Of a DNA stretch of 64,000 bases, positions 46,975 through 55,746 are shown piece after piece. Within the stretch, counting starts at the first letter, position 1. Each line of letters starts with the position of its first letter. The notes below the pieces were generated by a model. That model had not been told where the DNA came from and made no database searches. It saw only the letters and a list, made by a program, of their open reading frames with translations. Source of the stretch: a virus (lineage: Duplodnaviria; Caudoviricetes); the IMG/VR virus record IMGVR_UViG_2511231106_000002, positions 35,953 through 99,952 of that record; one strand, 5' to 3'. Made by a program: the position numbers and the translations under genes.

Positions 46975-48249
46975 TCACCTCAGTATCCTGGCCCGGCCAT
47001 GAGGCATGCAGGGCTGGAGCCCGTAACGCACCGCATCAATGGCGTGGTTATTCTTATCCGGAAAAGCGTTGATGAACTGCCCGTCCCGGTTCCGGTCGTA
47101 TTCATAGCTGCTGAACTCTCTGTAGGTGTTCGGGCACCGGTGCCGGTCTATGTAGATATGGGCCCGGCTCTGCAGCCAGTTGATACCGAATCTGACGCTG
47201 TCAGGGCCTTTCTTAGCCCCGTTCACGTTGGTCCCATACTCCCGCATCTCGTAGATGGATTTCGGCTCTGCAGAGTCGCCCAGGATGCGTACAGAGGGGT
47301 ATTTCTTATTAATCATGTCGGCGGCGGCCCGGTTGGTCAGCTTCTGCTGGTAGATTTCATCAAAGATATACAGGTCCTCGTGCTTGGCATCGTAGTGCAT
47401 GGCCACGAAGGCTAGGGGGTCTACAGCAAAGCCAAAGTCCAAGCCAAAATACCGGTGGTCGAACTGCTGCAGCTGCTCACTGCTCATGGCCAGGTCTTCC
47501 ACATTTTCGAAGACAGCGCCACCGGTGCCTGTGACTTCGCCGAGGTATTCGTGACGGTAGGACATCTCGTTCTTTGATTTCAGCTTTTCCGCTTCAGCCA
47601 GGAACTGCGGCCCCAGCCAGTCTTTCGGCACGGTCAAATAGGTCGAGTGATGGACCAGCCGGTCTGGATCATCCACAAGGATTTCCTCGTTGACCCAGTT
47701 GTTCCGGCTCTTCGGCGGGTTATACGTTCCGAACACTTGATAGGACGGGCCACCGCGCAAGAGGGACTGCAACACGTTGCGAATCTCTTCCATGCCGCTG
47801 AACTGGTCCAATTCCTCGAACCACACGATGCCAACATAGCCAAAGGGCAGTTTGATGGATTTGACTTTGGCTGGGTCATCCAGCCCGAAGAAAAGGATTT
47901 TCTGCCCCGTCTTCTTGTACGTGATTTCCGGTGGCGACAATTTGACGCGGAACTTTTCCAGGACGCCCAACTGCTCCAACCCCCAGACAATCTGAGGCAG
48001 GACGCTGTTCTTGATGGTGTTGCCGACCTTACGGATGACGACGGCATGGATATTCGGGTCTTCCATCACCGATACGGGGATGCGGATACCGCCTACAAAC
48101 GATGACTTAGCACTGCCACGGCCCCCCGCCAGCAGATAAAAGGTATGCAGGTGCTGTTCGACGTCAAAAAAGACCTCATCGAACGATGGGGCAATCAGAT
48201 TGGCAATATTAACTTTTCGTTTCCGTTTTCGGTTCTCGTGCGAATTCAA
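46975..48249 (-). CDS. Terminase large subunit, PBSX family
   Basis: GGRGSAKS, WFEE, YNPP, GLDFG, NHAIDAVRY; TTG start chosen from AGGAGG spacing. Confidence 0.92.
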   Translation of the reverse strand: MNSHENRKRKRKVNIANLIAPSFDEVFFDVEQHLHTFYLLAGGRGSAKSSFVGGIRIPVSVMEDPNIHAVVIRKVGNTIKNSVLPQIVWGLEQLGVLEKFRVKLSPPEITYKKTGQKILFFGLDDPAKVKSIKLPFGYVGIVWFEELDQFSGMEEIRNVLQSLLRGGPSYQVFGTYNPPKSRNNWVNEEILVDDPDRLVHHSTYLTVPKDWLGPQFLAEAEKLKSKNEMSYRHEYLGEVTGTGGAVFENVEDLAMSSEQLQQFDHRYFGLDFGFAVDPLAFVAMHYDAKHEDLYIFDEIYQQKLTNRAAADMINKKYPSVRILGDSAEPKSIYEMREYGTNVNGAKKGPDSVRFGINWLQSRAHIYIDRHRCPNTYREFSSYEYDRNRDGQFINAFPDKNNHAIDAVRYGLQPCMPHGRARILR

Positions 48250-48973
48250 AAGTAATATCCTCCTCATCGTTATCCGTGCGCAATTCGGCCACCTCGGCCT
48301 TGAGTTTTTCTTTCTTGAGTTCTTCCATGGCATCGAAGCCCAGGTACTTGGCCAGCATCTCCCAGGCCCACTTCTTGTCTTCCATTTTGATGCTGATGCC
48401 GTCTTTCCCCTGCTTGACCTCGGACACAACGGACGTGTCGACGGTTTTACTATCCGCCAGCTTGACGTTAAAGCCGTTAAAAGTGACATAGTCGCCCAGG
48501 TCTGCCCCGACGACCTTCAAGCAGTACTGCACCAGGTCGGAAACGCCGACGTCCAGATGGTGCTGCATGATTTGACGCAGCCGTTTAACTTCCGCCTGGA
48601 CCTTAGCATTTCTTAACAATCTTGAGCCGCTCGCCATAGCCGTCTCTTTATCACATTTATACGCTTTCAGGTACGACTGGAGTGCATTGTATGAAGTGGC
48701 GTAATACAAGCAAAAAAGCCGCCTCTTCTCAGTCAGTTCTTCATTGCCATTGACCGATTCCAGCAGCTTATCTTTTAACTTTTTCTTGGGTTGCAAGGTT
48801 GCAACTTTTTCCGGTTGCGGTTGCAACTTTTTATCCTTGGTTGCAACCTTCCAGTGGCGTGTGGCCCAGCTTTTAACCGTAGATAAAGATACGCCGTATT
48901 TTACCGCAATGTCTCTGTATTTCATGCCATTGCAGTAATCATTGTACGCTTTATCCCGTTTTTTATCGCTCAC
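48209..48973 (-). CDS. Terminase small subunit
   Basis: N-terminal HTH (MKYRDIA.KYGVS.STVKSW..R), LTEK.RLFC.YY...NA.QSY.KA. Confidence 0.9.
   Translation of the reverse strand: MSDKKRDKAYNDYCNGMKYRDIAVKYGVSLSTVKSWATRHWKVATKDKKLQPQPEKVATLQPKKKLKDKLLESVNGNEELTEKRRLFCLYYATSYNALQSYLKAYKCDKETAMASGSRLLRNAKVQAEVKRLRQIMQHHLDVGVSDLVQYCLKVVGADLGDYVTFNGFNVKLADSKTVDTSVVSEVKQGKDGISIKMEDKKWAWEMLAKYLGFDAMEELKKEKLKAEVAELRTDNDEEDITFEFAREPKTETKS
48789..48848. repeat. GGTTGC/GTTGCAAC repeat cluster in terS (candidate pac region)
   Basis: Three palindromic GTTGCAAC plus two partial GGTTGC in 60 bp. Confidence 0.6.
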
Positions 48974-49009
48974 ATAATCACCACCCACCTTCGTTGTTTT
49001 CCTGCAATG

Positions 49010-49064
49010 AAAAAAGGACTCGCTGCCATGTCCCGCTGTCTCGGACACGTGCAACTAAGTCCCT
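49010..49064 (-). terminator. Long hairpin with T-run downstream of the tRNAs
   Basis: GGGACT..TTGC..TGTCC / GGACA..GCAG.GAGTCCTTTTTT. Confidence 0.6.
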
Positions 49065-49077
49065 ATTCGTATGTATT

Positions 49078-49166
49078 TGGCGGAAAGTGTGGGATTCGAA
49101 CCCACGGTGCGTTGCCGCATCACTAGTTTTCAAGACTAGCTCCTTAAACCACTCGGACACCTTTCC
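49078..49166 (-). tRNA. trnS: tRNA-Ser(UGA)
   Basis: Anticodon arm CTAGT-CTTGAAA-ACTAG, long variable arm, GTGGG-TTCGAAT-CCCAC, G73 + CCA. Confidence 0.92.
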
Positions 49167-49171
49167 ATGGC

Positions 49172-49247
49172 TGGCAGGCGCGGATCGATTCGAACAATCA
49201 CCTTTCGGTTTTGGAGACCGACGTTCTGCCAGTTGAACTACGCGCCC
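49172..49247 (-). tRNA. trnW: tRNA-Trp(CCA)
   Basis: TCGGT-CTCCAAA-ACCGA anticodon arm, TTCGAAT loop, G73 + CCA. Confidence 0.92.
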
Positions 49248-49252
49248 ATATA

Positions 49253-49352
49253 ACAAAAGGCACCAGGATAACCCTGATGCCCTATCAAAAAGGAGGTGCC
49301 TTGTACGGCCGCCGTTGTGGCGGACGGGGAAACATCACTGCTTCCCTCGTCC
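49253..49352 (-). ncRNA. Structured late-leader RNA / sRNA
   Basis: GNRA-capped hairpin, small hairpin, CACCTCCTTT stretch, terminator GGCATCAGG/CCTGGTGCC+T4. Confidence 0.55.
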
Positions 49353-49364
49353 CTTTTCTCATAC

Positions 49365-49420
49365 TACCATTATACTATGGAAAATCGCCTATTTCTGTCG
49401 ATTTTTGTCGAAATCTGTCG
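49365..49420 (-). promoter_or_regulatory. Late promoter with three 10-bp-spaced CGACA repeats
   Basis: CGACAGATTT CGACAAAAAT CGACAGAAAT upstream of TATAAT. Confidence 0.7.
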
Positions 49421-49961
49421 CTAGGATTTTTTCCTGCTCCAAACTGGTATCCATGTCGAGGACGCCTTGAATGGGGAAAGCTGCTGCACCGTAAACAATA
49501 CCTGTCAAGATATCAATGCCCTCGTCATATCGGCGTCGACAGTAACTGCTGTCTTCATTGAGCCTGTTCCCAATCTGGTTCCACGTCAATCGGTGATGCT
49601 CAAATCCCGCTTTCCAGCGCAGGATTCTTTCGTAGTCACCCGGAAGACGTCTAAGTCCCTGTTCCACCCGTTTGAGCAACAAACGTTGGTCATGGTAGCG
49701 TTGTTTCTTCCCTTCGAGCTGTTCCGTGGCCGTTTCCTTGCACAGACAAAAAGCTTCTTCCGGGCTCTTGTTCACCCCGCCTCCACCGCCGACTTCAGGT
49801 CCAAATCTAGTCGTTTTTGGCGATGGATCCACGCGCAGGACAGCGGTTTCCTGAATAATTTCATCTCTAAGGATGTCAAGGTTGGCCTGCAATTCGTAAG
49901 CGTGCTCAAGGGCATATTTGACACGGCTTCTATAAATCTTTTCCACCATCTCCGGTCCCAT
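49389..49961 (-). CDS. Late transcriptional activator (ArpU/RinA-like)
   Basis: L..LP.DY..IL.W......TWNQI...L......CRR; last gene before the late promoter. Confidence 0.72.
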   Translation of the reverse strand: MGPEMVEKIYRSRVKYALEHAYELQANLDILRDEIIQETAVLRVDPSPKTTRFGPEVGGGGGVNKSPEEAFCLCKETATEQLEGKKQRYHDQRLLLKRVEQGLRRLPGDYERILRWKAGFEHHRLTWNQIGNRLNEDSSYCRRRYDEGIDILTGIVYGAAAFPIQGVLDMDTSLEQEKILATDFDKNRQK

Positions 49962-50196
49962 CTCCCTTCAACACCTTCTGATGCTTTTCTTTGAGCCGTC
50001 CCATCAAGCGCTGCATCCTTTTCTCTCCAAAGCCGAACTCGTCATGGAGGATTTCCTTGCAGTCGTCAACGCCCAGGTTGTAAACGGTCATGGAATAGGT
50101 CATGATCCATTTCCTGAAAATAGGGACGGGCATCCTCATAATCTCCTTGATTTCCTGCCTGGATAAGGGATGGCTCCTTCTTGTCATTGGCTCCAT
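49930..50196 (-). CDS. Hypothetical protein
   Basis: LHDEFGFGEKR motif common in phage accessory genes; GGAGG RBS. Confidence 0.7.
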   Translation of the reverse strand: MEPMTRRSHPLSRQEIKEIMRMPVPIFRKWIMTYSMTVYNLGVDDCKEILHDEFGFGEKRMQRLMGRLKEKHQKVLKGDGTGDGGKDL

Positions 50197-50212
50197 GCTG
50201 CACCTCCAATGA

Positions 50213-50416
50213 TTATTTTTCTGTCCTTTTCATCGCAGTCATGGCTTTGATGCGTGAATCGTACCACTTCTTTACGGCTTTGGGGTTGTAGTCGGAGTCC
50301 CTTTCCTTCAGGACGCCCCATTTCCCTTCAGAAACATTGCGATAAAGGTGATATCCATTCTCCTTGATGCGATAGCAATAGATCAGCGGTTCAAGCATCT
50401 TCTTCGCCACCACCAT
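50213..50416 (-). CDS. Hypothetical protein
   Basis: Co-oriented 67-aa ORF. Confidence 0.55.
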   Translation of the reverse strand: MVVAKKMLEPLIYCYRIKENGYHLYRNVSEGKWGVLKERDSDYNPKAVKKWYDSRIKAMTAMKRTEK

Positions 50417-50807
50417 TCTCTTCTAGATAGTCTGCCGCCATGGTTGCATATTCAGCGATTTTTCTCAAATCCTCAATGTTGTTTTTCCGTGGATAGCGAT
50501 AAAGATACTTGATGATGTTCGCCTCACAGACAGCAAGGAAGGCGTCCTCTTGCCGCTTCACGAACTTCTTGATCAGGTCAATACCTTCAAACCCTCGCCA
50601 CGAATAATGCCGTGGGTGATGGACCGGATCATGGAATTTTTCTTCATGACGTTTTGGCAGTTCCCAGTCACATGGAATGTATGATAAGCAGCATCCTTTT
50701 TCGGGATCATCGGGATAAAATATACAGCCTTCGCAAGTATCTCCATTGCACTTACAGTTGCGTTTTAGTAACACCGCCGCTATCATTAGCTCATTTTCAC
50801 TTATCAT
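50391..50807 (-). CDS. Cys-rich mini-domain fused to DUF3310
   Basis: V.HP.HY...E.ID...NIIKYLYR...KN..EDL.K...Y. Confidence 0.8.
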   Translation of the reverse strand: MISENELMIAAVLLKRNCKCNGDTCEGCIFYPDDPEKGCCLSYIPCDWELPKRHEEKFHDPVHHPRHYSWRGFEGIDLIKKFVKRQEDAFLAVCEANIIKYLYRYPRKNNIEDLRKIAEYATMAADYLEENGGGEEDA

Positions 50808-50811
50808 GTTG

Positions 50812-50979
50812 TCATTCCTCCTCAAGCAGATCCAGATCCCACCCCGCAGGAATTGGTCCTCCCGGGGAAAATTTGCTCTTACAAAATAATTCAATGGCAC
50901 AACCGTCGCAGCCATGACGAACACAATAGTCTTTAATGGTGATAACTGCTTTAATGACGGCCTTGTCCTTATCGTTCAT
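50812..50979 (-). CDS. Small Cys-rich protein
   Basis: GGGAGG RBS; IKDYC...CDGC...C...P..W. Confidence 0.7.
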   Translation of the reverse strand: MNDKDKAVIKAVITIKDYCVRHGCDGCAIELFCKSKFSPGGPIPAGWDLDLLEEE

Positions 50980-51310
50980 TTCCGGCCTCCCATTCTCTGT
51001 ATAGCTTAAACCAATCGCATGCATCCATGGTGACCTTCCACTTGGTTCCGTTTTTACGATGAAAAACTGTCGGGATATTACCCGTCGTCTTTGCCGCGTC
51101 TCTCCGTGCCTGGTCAAGGGCATCGTCGAGATTAAGATGCTCCACACGCTTAACTTCGATGTGGATGCCTGGCAGGCCTACCACGTCAGCCGTGCCGTCA
51201 GGGGTGTTTCCACAGAACTGCGCTGAACGGCGGGCCTCATAGCCTTCCGCCCTGCAGAGCCTGGCCACTTCTAACTCGCCTTTTGCACCCTTTCTCTTGC
51301 TGTTAGTCAT
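50969..51310 (-). CDS. Holliday junction resolvase-like PD-(D/E)xK nuclease
   Basis: SKRKG..GE, ADV, IEVKR, ALDQA. Confidence 0.85.
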   Translation of the reverse strand: MTNSKRKGAKGELEVARLCRAEGYEARRSAQFCGNTPDGTADVVGLPGIHIEVKRVEHLNLDDALDQARRDAAKTTGNIPTVFHRKNGTKWKVTMDACDWFKLYREWEAGNER

Positions 51311-51387
51311 CGCTTCACTTCCATTTCCTAGTTTTACACTTCTATTTTGACTTTTAGACTTTTAATTACTTTCTCAGAACCACTGTC

Positions 51388-51515
51388 CATATGTCTGGAG
51401 AAGTAGGGAGAGGGGAAATGTGTGTGGGAAACGTAGTCCCACACATTTACCCCCTACTTCCTGACATATGCAGCTCAAAATAGCTCAATACTATATATAT
51501 AACTGTGCTGAGCTG
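51388..51515. repeat. Long imperfect inverted repeat plus CAGCTCA/TGAGCTG pair (candidate origin)
   Basis: CATATGTC..GAAGTAGGG..TGTGTGGGA / TCCCACACA..CCCTACTTC..GACATATG downstream of the primase-helicase. Confidence 0.6.
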
Positions 51516-51545
51516 TCGTTTTCTTTATCACGGTAAATCAATGTA

Positions 51546-53606
51546 TTATTTTTCGTTGTTTTGCGTCCTCTCCACAAGCCCGTTTTTGATGTTGAATCCG
51601 CCATGTTCTTTAATATATTTTCGAACGGTGTTTTCGCTTTTGGAAAAATAAGCCATGATGTCTTCCAGCTTAGCCTTTCCCGCTTTGTTCACATATGCTT
51701 CGAAAGCAAATTCCACGCTGTCAACATTTCTGGCGGCTTCTACCTTTTTCGCCTTGTTCGACTGCTCCCTACCCTTCTGGTAAACATCAGCCAGGCTGCC
51801 CTCTTCCATGGCATCCTTGAGCATGTCCGTGTCGTCAGCTACATGGACGGGATAACGGAAAAAGACGTTGACCGGAGGAAAGGACGGAAACTCTCGCAAG
51901 GTCCCTGTGATGCGCCAAGCTGTTGCAATATCGTCCGGGTCCTGGTCCTTGACCTTGAGCTGGATCATGTCCAGCATAGCGTCCGGGTCACGGGCAAAGA
52001 CGCCGGACCCGCTGGCGCGGTCCATGGACTTCTTGAGGCCTTGCCCGCCCTTGCTGTGATGGTGGCAGTAAATGACAGCGCAGCCAAGCTCAGTGCAGAT
52101 TTTGTCGAATTGGTTGCAGAAATGAGCCATCTGGTCGGCGCTGTTTTCGTCGCCCGTTATGACTTTGTAGATAGGGTCAATGATGATGGCCATGTAATCT
52201 GATTCCTGCGCCCTGGCAATGATTTTGGGCGCTAGCTTGTCCATCGGGACACTTTTCCCGCGCAGGTTCCAAATTTCAACGTTATAATCAGCCTCGTGAC
52301 CAATGCAAAGGGCCTTCCCCACAACGTCAAAGCGGTCAAAGCAGGATGGCTCATCAATTTCGAGGTTGACGTAGAGGACCTTTCCTTTTTCACAAGGAAA
52401 ATGTCCAAGCCAGGTGGTTCCTGATGCAATGGCCATGGCAAGCTCAATAAGGGCAAAGCTCTTGCCAGCCTTAGATGGTCCTGCAATGAGCATCTTATGT
52501 CCTTGTCGCAATACGCCGTGGATGAGCTCATCGGCTTTGGGCGGCAGCCCTTTGTCTTTTGCCTCTCCAAGATTCTTGATGACGGGCATGTCGTCATTGG
52601 TGTTCTCGATCCATTCCCGCCACTCGTCCCAGGATGCCTTTCCGATGTTTGTTCCAATGAGGAACTGTTTCTTGCCGCCTCGTTTGACGCCAGGAAGCCG
52701 GGAAAGCCTAGAGGGATTCTTATTGGCCGTGTCGATGGTAAGCCCATTCTTTTCGCAGATCTTATACAAAAATTCAACACGCTGCCGATATTCTTCCGCA
52801 TTGGCTGCATCAATCTTAACAATAGCGTGGATGCTTTTTGCGCCGCTGTAGGTCAGGGTTGCCACCGGCAGCTGCAGTTTTCTGATAGCCTCGTTCTGCT
52901 TAGCCAGGGAAAGGTCGTCGCATTCGACCAGGGCGTATTTAAAGGACGTCACATTATCATTGTTGACGCCGTGCCCATCCAGGGCATTGATACGGATCCA
53001 CATGCCCGCCTGCGGGTTATAATCTCCAAAGACAGCGCCAATGTCGCCATTGCACTTTTCCAGCTGCGTGATAAGGGTGCTGCTCGTCCTGCTCGTATAG
53101 CCACCATTGGCAGGAATGAATTTGTCCGTATCGTCTTTTTGCATGCTTTCGTTGACGTAGCCGACGTGATCAGAGGCGTCGAAGAGTGTCCTAAGAAATG
53201 TGATGATTTCCTGGACCGGTTTCCAGTCCCCTTGTGGTTCCCTAAAGGCTTCCCCTTCGAGGAGTTTGGTGTTGATGATGATCCCGCTTGATGGGTCTTC
53301 ACGAATCTCATCGTCCCACGAAAGCGCACGGCCTGCTTCCCGTTCCTTAGGTTTCCACCCTCGTTCCTTTGCCATCATGGTAATGGTGGCACCCGTTACA
53401 GGGTTGGGAGAGCCACGGAAGCCCTCCCATTTCTTGCTGCATTCACCGGAGTGGTAACGGACACTGTCAAGAGCGCTCCAATTGTCCCACGCACTGAGGG
53501 GATAGCCTTCTTTTTGTAGTGCCATGCCCACCTGCAGCCATTCCTGGTAAGAGCAGGAAGTTGGATCAATAAAATTGAGTACGCCTAAAAGGTCAAATGG
53601 TTTCAT
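51546..53606 (-). CDS. Primase-helicase (PriCT-2 + RepA/AAA_25)
   Basis: YQEW..VGMAL, LVECD, SG.KSIH, GPSKAGKS, IIDP, HH.SKG, RASGSG. Confidence 0.9.
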   Translation of the reverse strand: MKPFDLLGVLNFIDPTSCSYQEWLQVGMALQKEGYPLSAWDNWSALDSVRYHSGECSKKWEGFRGSPNPVTGATITMMAKERGWKPKEREAGRALSWDDEIREDPSSGIIINTKLLEGEAFREPQGDWKPVQEIITFLRTLFDASDHVGYVNESMQKDDTDKFIPANGGYTSRTSSTLITQLEKCNGDIGAVFGDYNPQAGMWIRINALDGHGVNNDNVTSFKYALVECDDLSLAKQNEAIRKLQLPVATLTYSGAKSIHAIVKIDAANAEEYRQRVEFLYKICEKNGLTIDTANKNPSRLSRLPGVKRGGKKQFLIGTNIGKASWDEWREWIENTNDDMPVIKNLGEAKDKGLPPKADELIHGVLRQGHKMLIAGPSKAGKSFALIELAMAIASGTTWLGHFPCEKGKVLYVNLEIDEPSCFDRFDVVGKALCIGHEADYNVEIWNLRGKSVPMDKLAPKIIARAQESDYMAIIIDPIYKVITGDENSADQMAHFCNQFDKICTELGCAVIYCHHHSKGGQGLKKSMDRASGSGVFARDPDAMLDMIQLKVKDQDPDDIATAWRITGTLREFPSFPPVNVFFRYPVHVADDTDMLKDAMEEGSLADVYQKGREQSNKAKKVEAARNVDSVEFAFEAYVNKAGKAKLEDIMAYFSKSENTVRKYIKEHGGFNIKNGLVERTQNNEK

Positions 53607-55200
53607 GGTTCATTCCTTCCTGGGGCTTAAAGGCAGCGGGAATGATGCCAGACGGGATTCGCCAGTCGTTCGCGGCAATGCGTCCAATCATGCTGCTTGC
53701 GGATTCAAAGCTCCAGGTTCCCACATGAGCAAAGCCCTTTCTTTCCAGGAAACGGATCTGTTTTGGCGTGGAAAGGCCATTTTGTTGGCGCATCTTGAGC
53801 CGTTCAATAAGCTGCGTTGCAAGGCCTGCATTTTCTACCGTGTCCGGTGCGATTCCGTGGGCTTCAAGGTATTGCAGCTGCTTTTGCGTCGCAGGGCCCT
53901 TTTCCCACATGAATGTCGGTTCGTATCCAGCAAGATCCCCTGCTTCGATGGAAAAGAAATATTGAATTGGGTCCACCAGCTTACGTTTGCGTTCACGCAT
54001 GGCCTTGAGTTCCTTGGCTAGACTAGCTTCCCGCTCAGCTACAGCATCCCTTTCTGCTTCATCTGCAGCTTCTTCAATATCAAGGGCCATCCCAGCGCTG
54101 TCTTCAAGGCGCTTTGTCATCTTTTCTGCAACCTTTTCGTCCTTGCAAACGAGAGATGCTGGCCTGCAGAGGTTATGACGCTCAGTAAGCCATAAAAAAT
54201 CCAAGAGGAGTAAATTCTTTTTTCCTGGCGCAAGTCTGCTCCCCCGCCCCACCATTTGCTGGTAAAGGCTGCGGATCTTTGTTGGACGAAGGACGACAAC
54301 ACAATCCACTGCGGGACAGTCCCATCCTTCCGTGAGGAGCATGGCGTTGCAGAGCACGTTGTATTCCCCGCGTTCATAGGCATCAAGGATTTCTGTCCGG
54401 TCCGCACTGTTTCCATTGACCTCGGCCGCTCTAAATCCATGGCGGTTCAGGATATCCCGGAAAGCCTTGCTCGTTGCCACAAGCGGCAGGAAAACCACGG
54501 TCTTCCGATTCTTGCAATATTGCTCCATTTCGGTGGCAATGGCTTCAAGATATGGTGACAGGGCATCACCCAAATCCCCTGCCGCATAGTCCCCATTTGC
54601 CATCTTGACGCCTCCAAGATCGATATTGAGCGGCACCGTAAGTGCTTTGATAGGAGAAAGATACCCCTCTTTGATGGCTTGCGGGAGGGAATATTCATAT
54701 GCGATGTTGTCAAAATACTCGCCTAGGCACGCCACATTTTGTCTCTCAGGCGTTGCCGTGACACCTAGGACTTCCGCATCAGGGAAGTGATTTAAAACCG
54801 TCTGATAGCCATTTGCAAGGGCGTGGTGGGCTTCATCAACAATGATGGTCTGGAAGGCATCCGAAGGGAAACGATTAAGCCGTTTTTCCCGCTGCATGGT
54901 CTGGACGCTTCCTACCGTGATCCGAAAAAAGCTATCCAGTGAAGTTTCGCTGGCCTTTTCCTTGCTGGTCATAAGCCCAGTTGCCTTTAAGATCTTATCC
55001 TGGGCTTGAGTCAATAGCTCATCCCGATGGGCAAGGATGAGGACCTTTTTGCCACGGGCCACGGCTCGTTTGGCCACGTTTGCAAAAACGATGGTCTTGC
55101 CGCATCCCGTAGGAAGAACAAGGAGCGTGCGCCTGTGTCCACGCTCCCAGTCTTGTTCAATGGCCTCAATCGCTTGCTGCTGATATGGCCGGAGTTCCAC
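53593..55200 (-). CDS. DEAH-box SF2 helicase
   Basis: LRPYQ, PTGCGKT, DEAHH, TATP, EGWD, QMVGRG.R. Confidence 0.93.
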   Translation of the reverse strand: MELRPYQQQAIEAIEQDWERGHRRTLLVLPTGCGKTIVFANVAKRAVARGKKVLILAHRDELLTQAQDKILKATGLMTSKEKASETSLDSFFRITVGSVQTMQREKRLNRFPSDAFQTIIVDEAHHALANGYQTVLNHFPDAEVLGVTATPERQNVACLGEYFDNIAYEYSLPQAIKEGYLSPIKALTVPLNIDLGGVKMANGDYAAGDLGDALSPYLEAIATEMEQYCKNRKTVVFLPLVATSKAFRDILNRHGFRAAEVNGNSADRTEILDAYERGEYNVLCNAMLLTEGWDCPAVDCVVVLRPTKIRSLYQQMVGRGSRLAPGKKNLLLLDFLWLTERHNLCRPASLVCKDEKVAEKMTKRLEDSAGMALDIEEAADEAERDAVAEREASLAKELKAMRERKRKLVDPIQYFFSIEAGDLAGYEPTFMWEKGPATQKQLQYLEAHGIAPDTVENAGLATQLIERLKMRQQNGLSTPKQIRFLERKGFAHVGTWSFESASSMIGRIAANDWRIPSGIIPAAFKPQEGMNHETI

Positions 55201-55740
55201 TTAGAAGGCCCCTGGTGTGAAGCTTGTCCCGTTCACAGGCTTTGGAGCAGGCATATGCGGGTCCCGTTTAGGGGCTTTGTCAGGTTCGATGAAGTAGGCC
55301 ACGTTGTTGTAGGTCTTGTCGTTAAATTCGCGCGGAGCCATGTGGCACCAGCCTTCAAGGCCTTGGAGGTTCCAGCGCATGTGAAGCGGTTCATGCTTTT
55401 TCTTGACACCGATGGCAAGGAAGAAGGTAGCAAGCTTCCATTCCTGGCTGCTATGCAGAAAGAGGTTTGTCGTCACCTCCACCGGTTCCGTTGCTGCTGG
55501 ATCATTAGGGATGACCATCAAATGGATGATGGCCTTTGGGCAGGGCGGAATCTTGCTGTTTGGGGTCTTAGGTTCATACATGGACCGCTCCACTTCCTTG
55601 ATGACGAAGGCATAGTCCCCTTCTTCAAGGAGGGTGTAACTTTTGTTCCCGCCTTCAGCGGTGATTTCGTCTTCCCAACCAAATACCTTATCTTCCACAA
55701 CTGTTCCCATATTTTCAAAACTCATGTTCATTTCCTCCAA
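55201..55740 (-). CDS. DUF669-like ssDNA-binding protein
   Basis: LEEGDY.F.I..VE; located between Sak4 and helicase; ends GAF. Confidence 0.75.
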   Translation of the reverse strand: MEEMNMSFENMGTVVEDKVFGWEDEITAEGGNKSYTLLEEGDYAFVIKEVERSMYEPKTPNSKIPPCPKAIIHLMVIPNDPAATEPVEVTTNLFLHSSQEWKLATFFLAIGVKKKHEPLHMRWNLQGLEGWCHMAPREFNDKTYNNVAYFIEPDKAPKRDPHMPAPKPVNGTSFTPGAF

Positions 55741-55746
55741 ACAAAT

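Noticed and set aside
48250-48489. N-terminal extension of TerL or a TerS-TerL frameshift fusion
   Set aside because: The extension overlaps terS and looks non-protein-like. A TTG start with AGGAGG at 48249 gives a normal-length TerL, and I see no convincing slippery site.
49078-49166. TGA anticodon as a suppressor or selenocysteine tRNA
   Set aside because: Anticodon UGA reads UCA (Ser). Phage genes use all three stop codons normally, so there is no sign of recoding.
48978-49561. ORFs 48978-49256, 48994-49236 and 49211-49561
   Set aside because: They overlap the two tRNAs and the structured leader; spurious.
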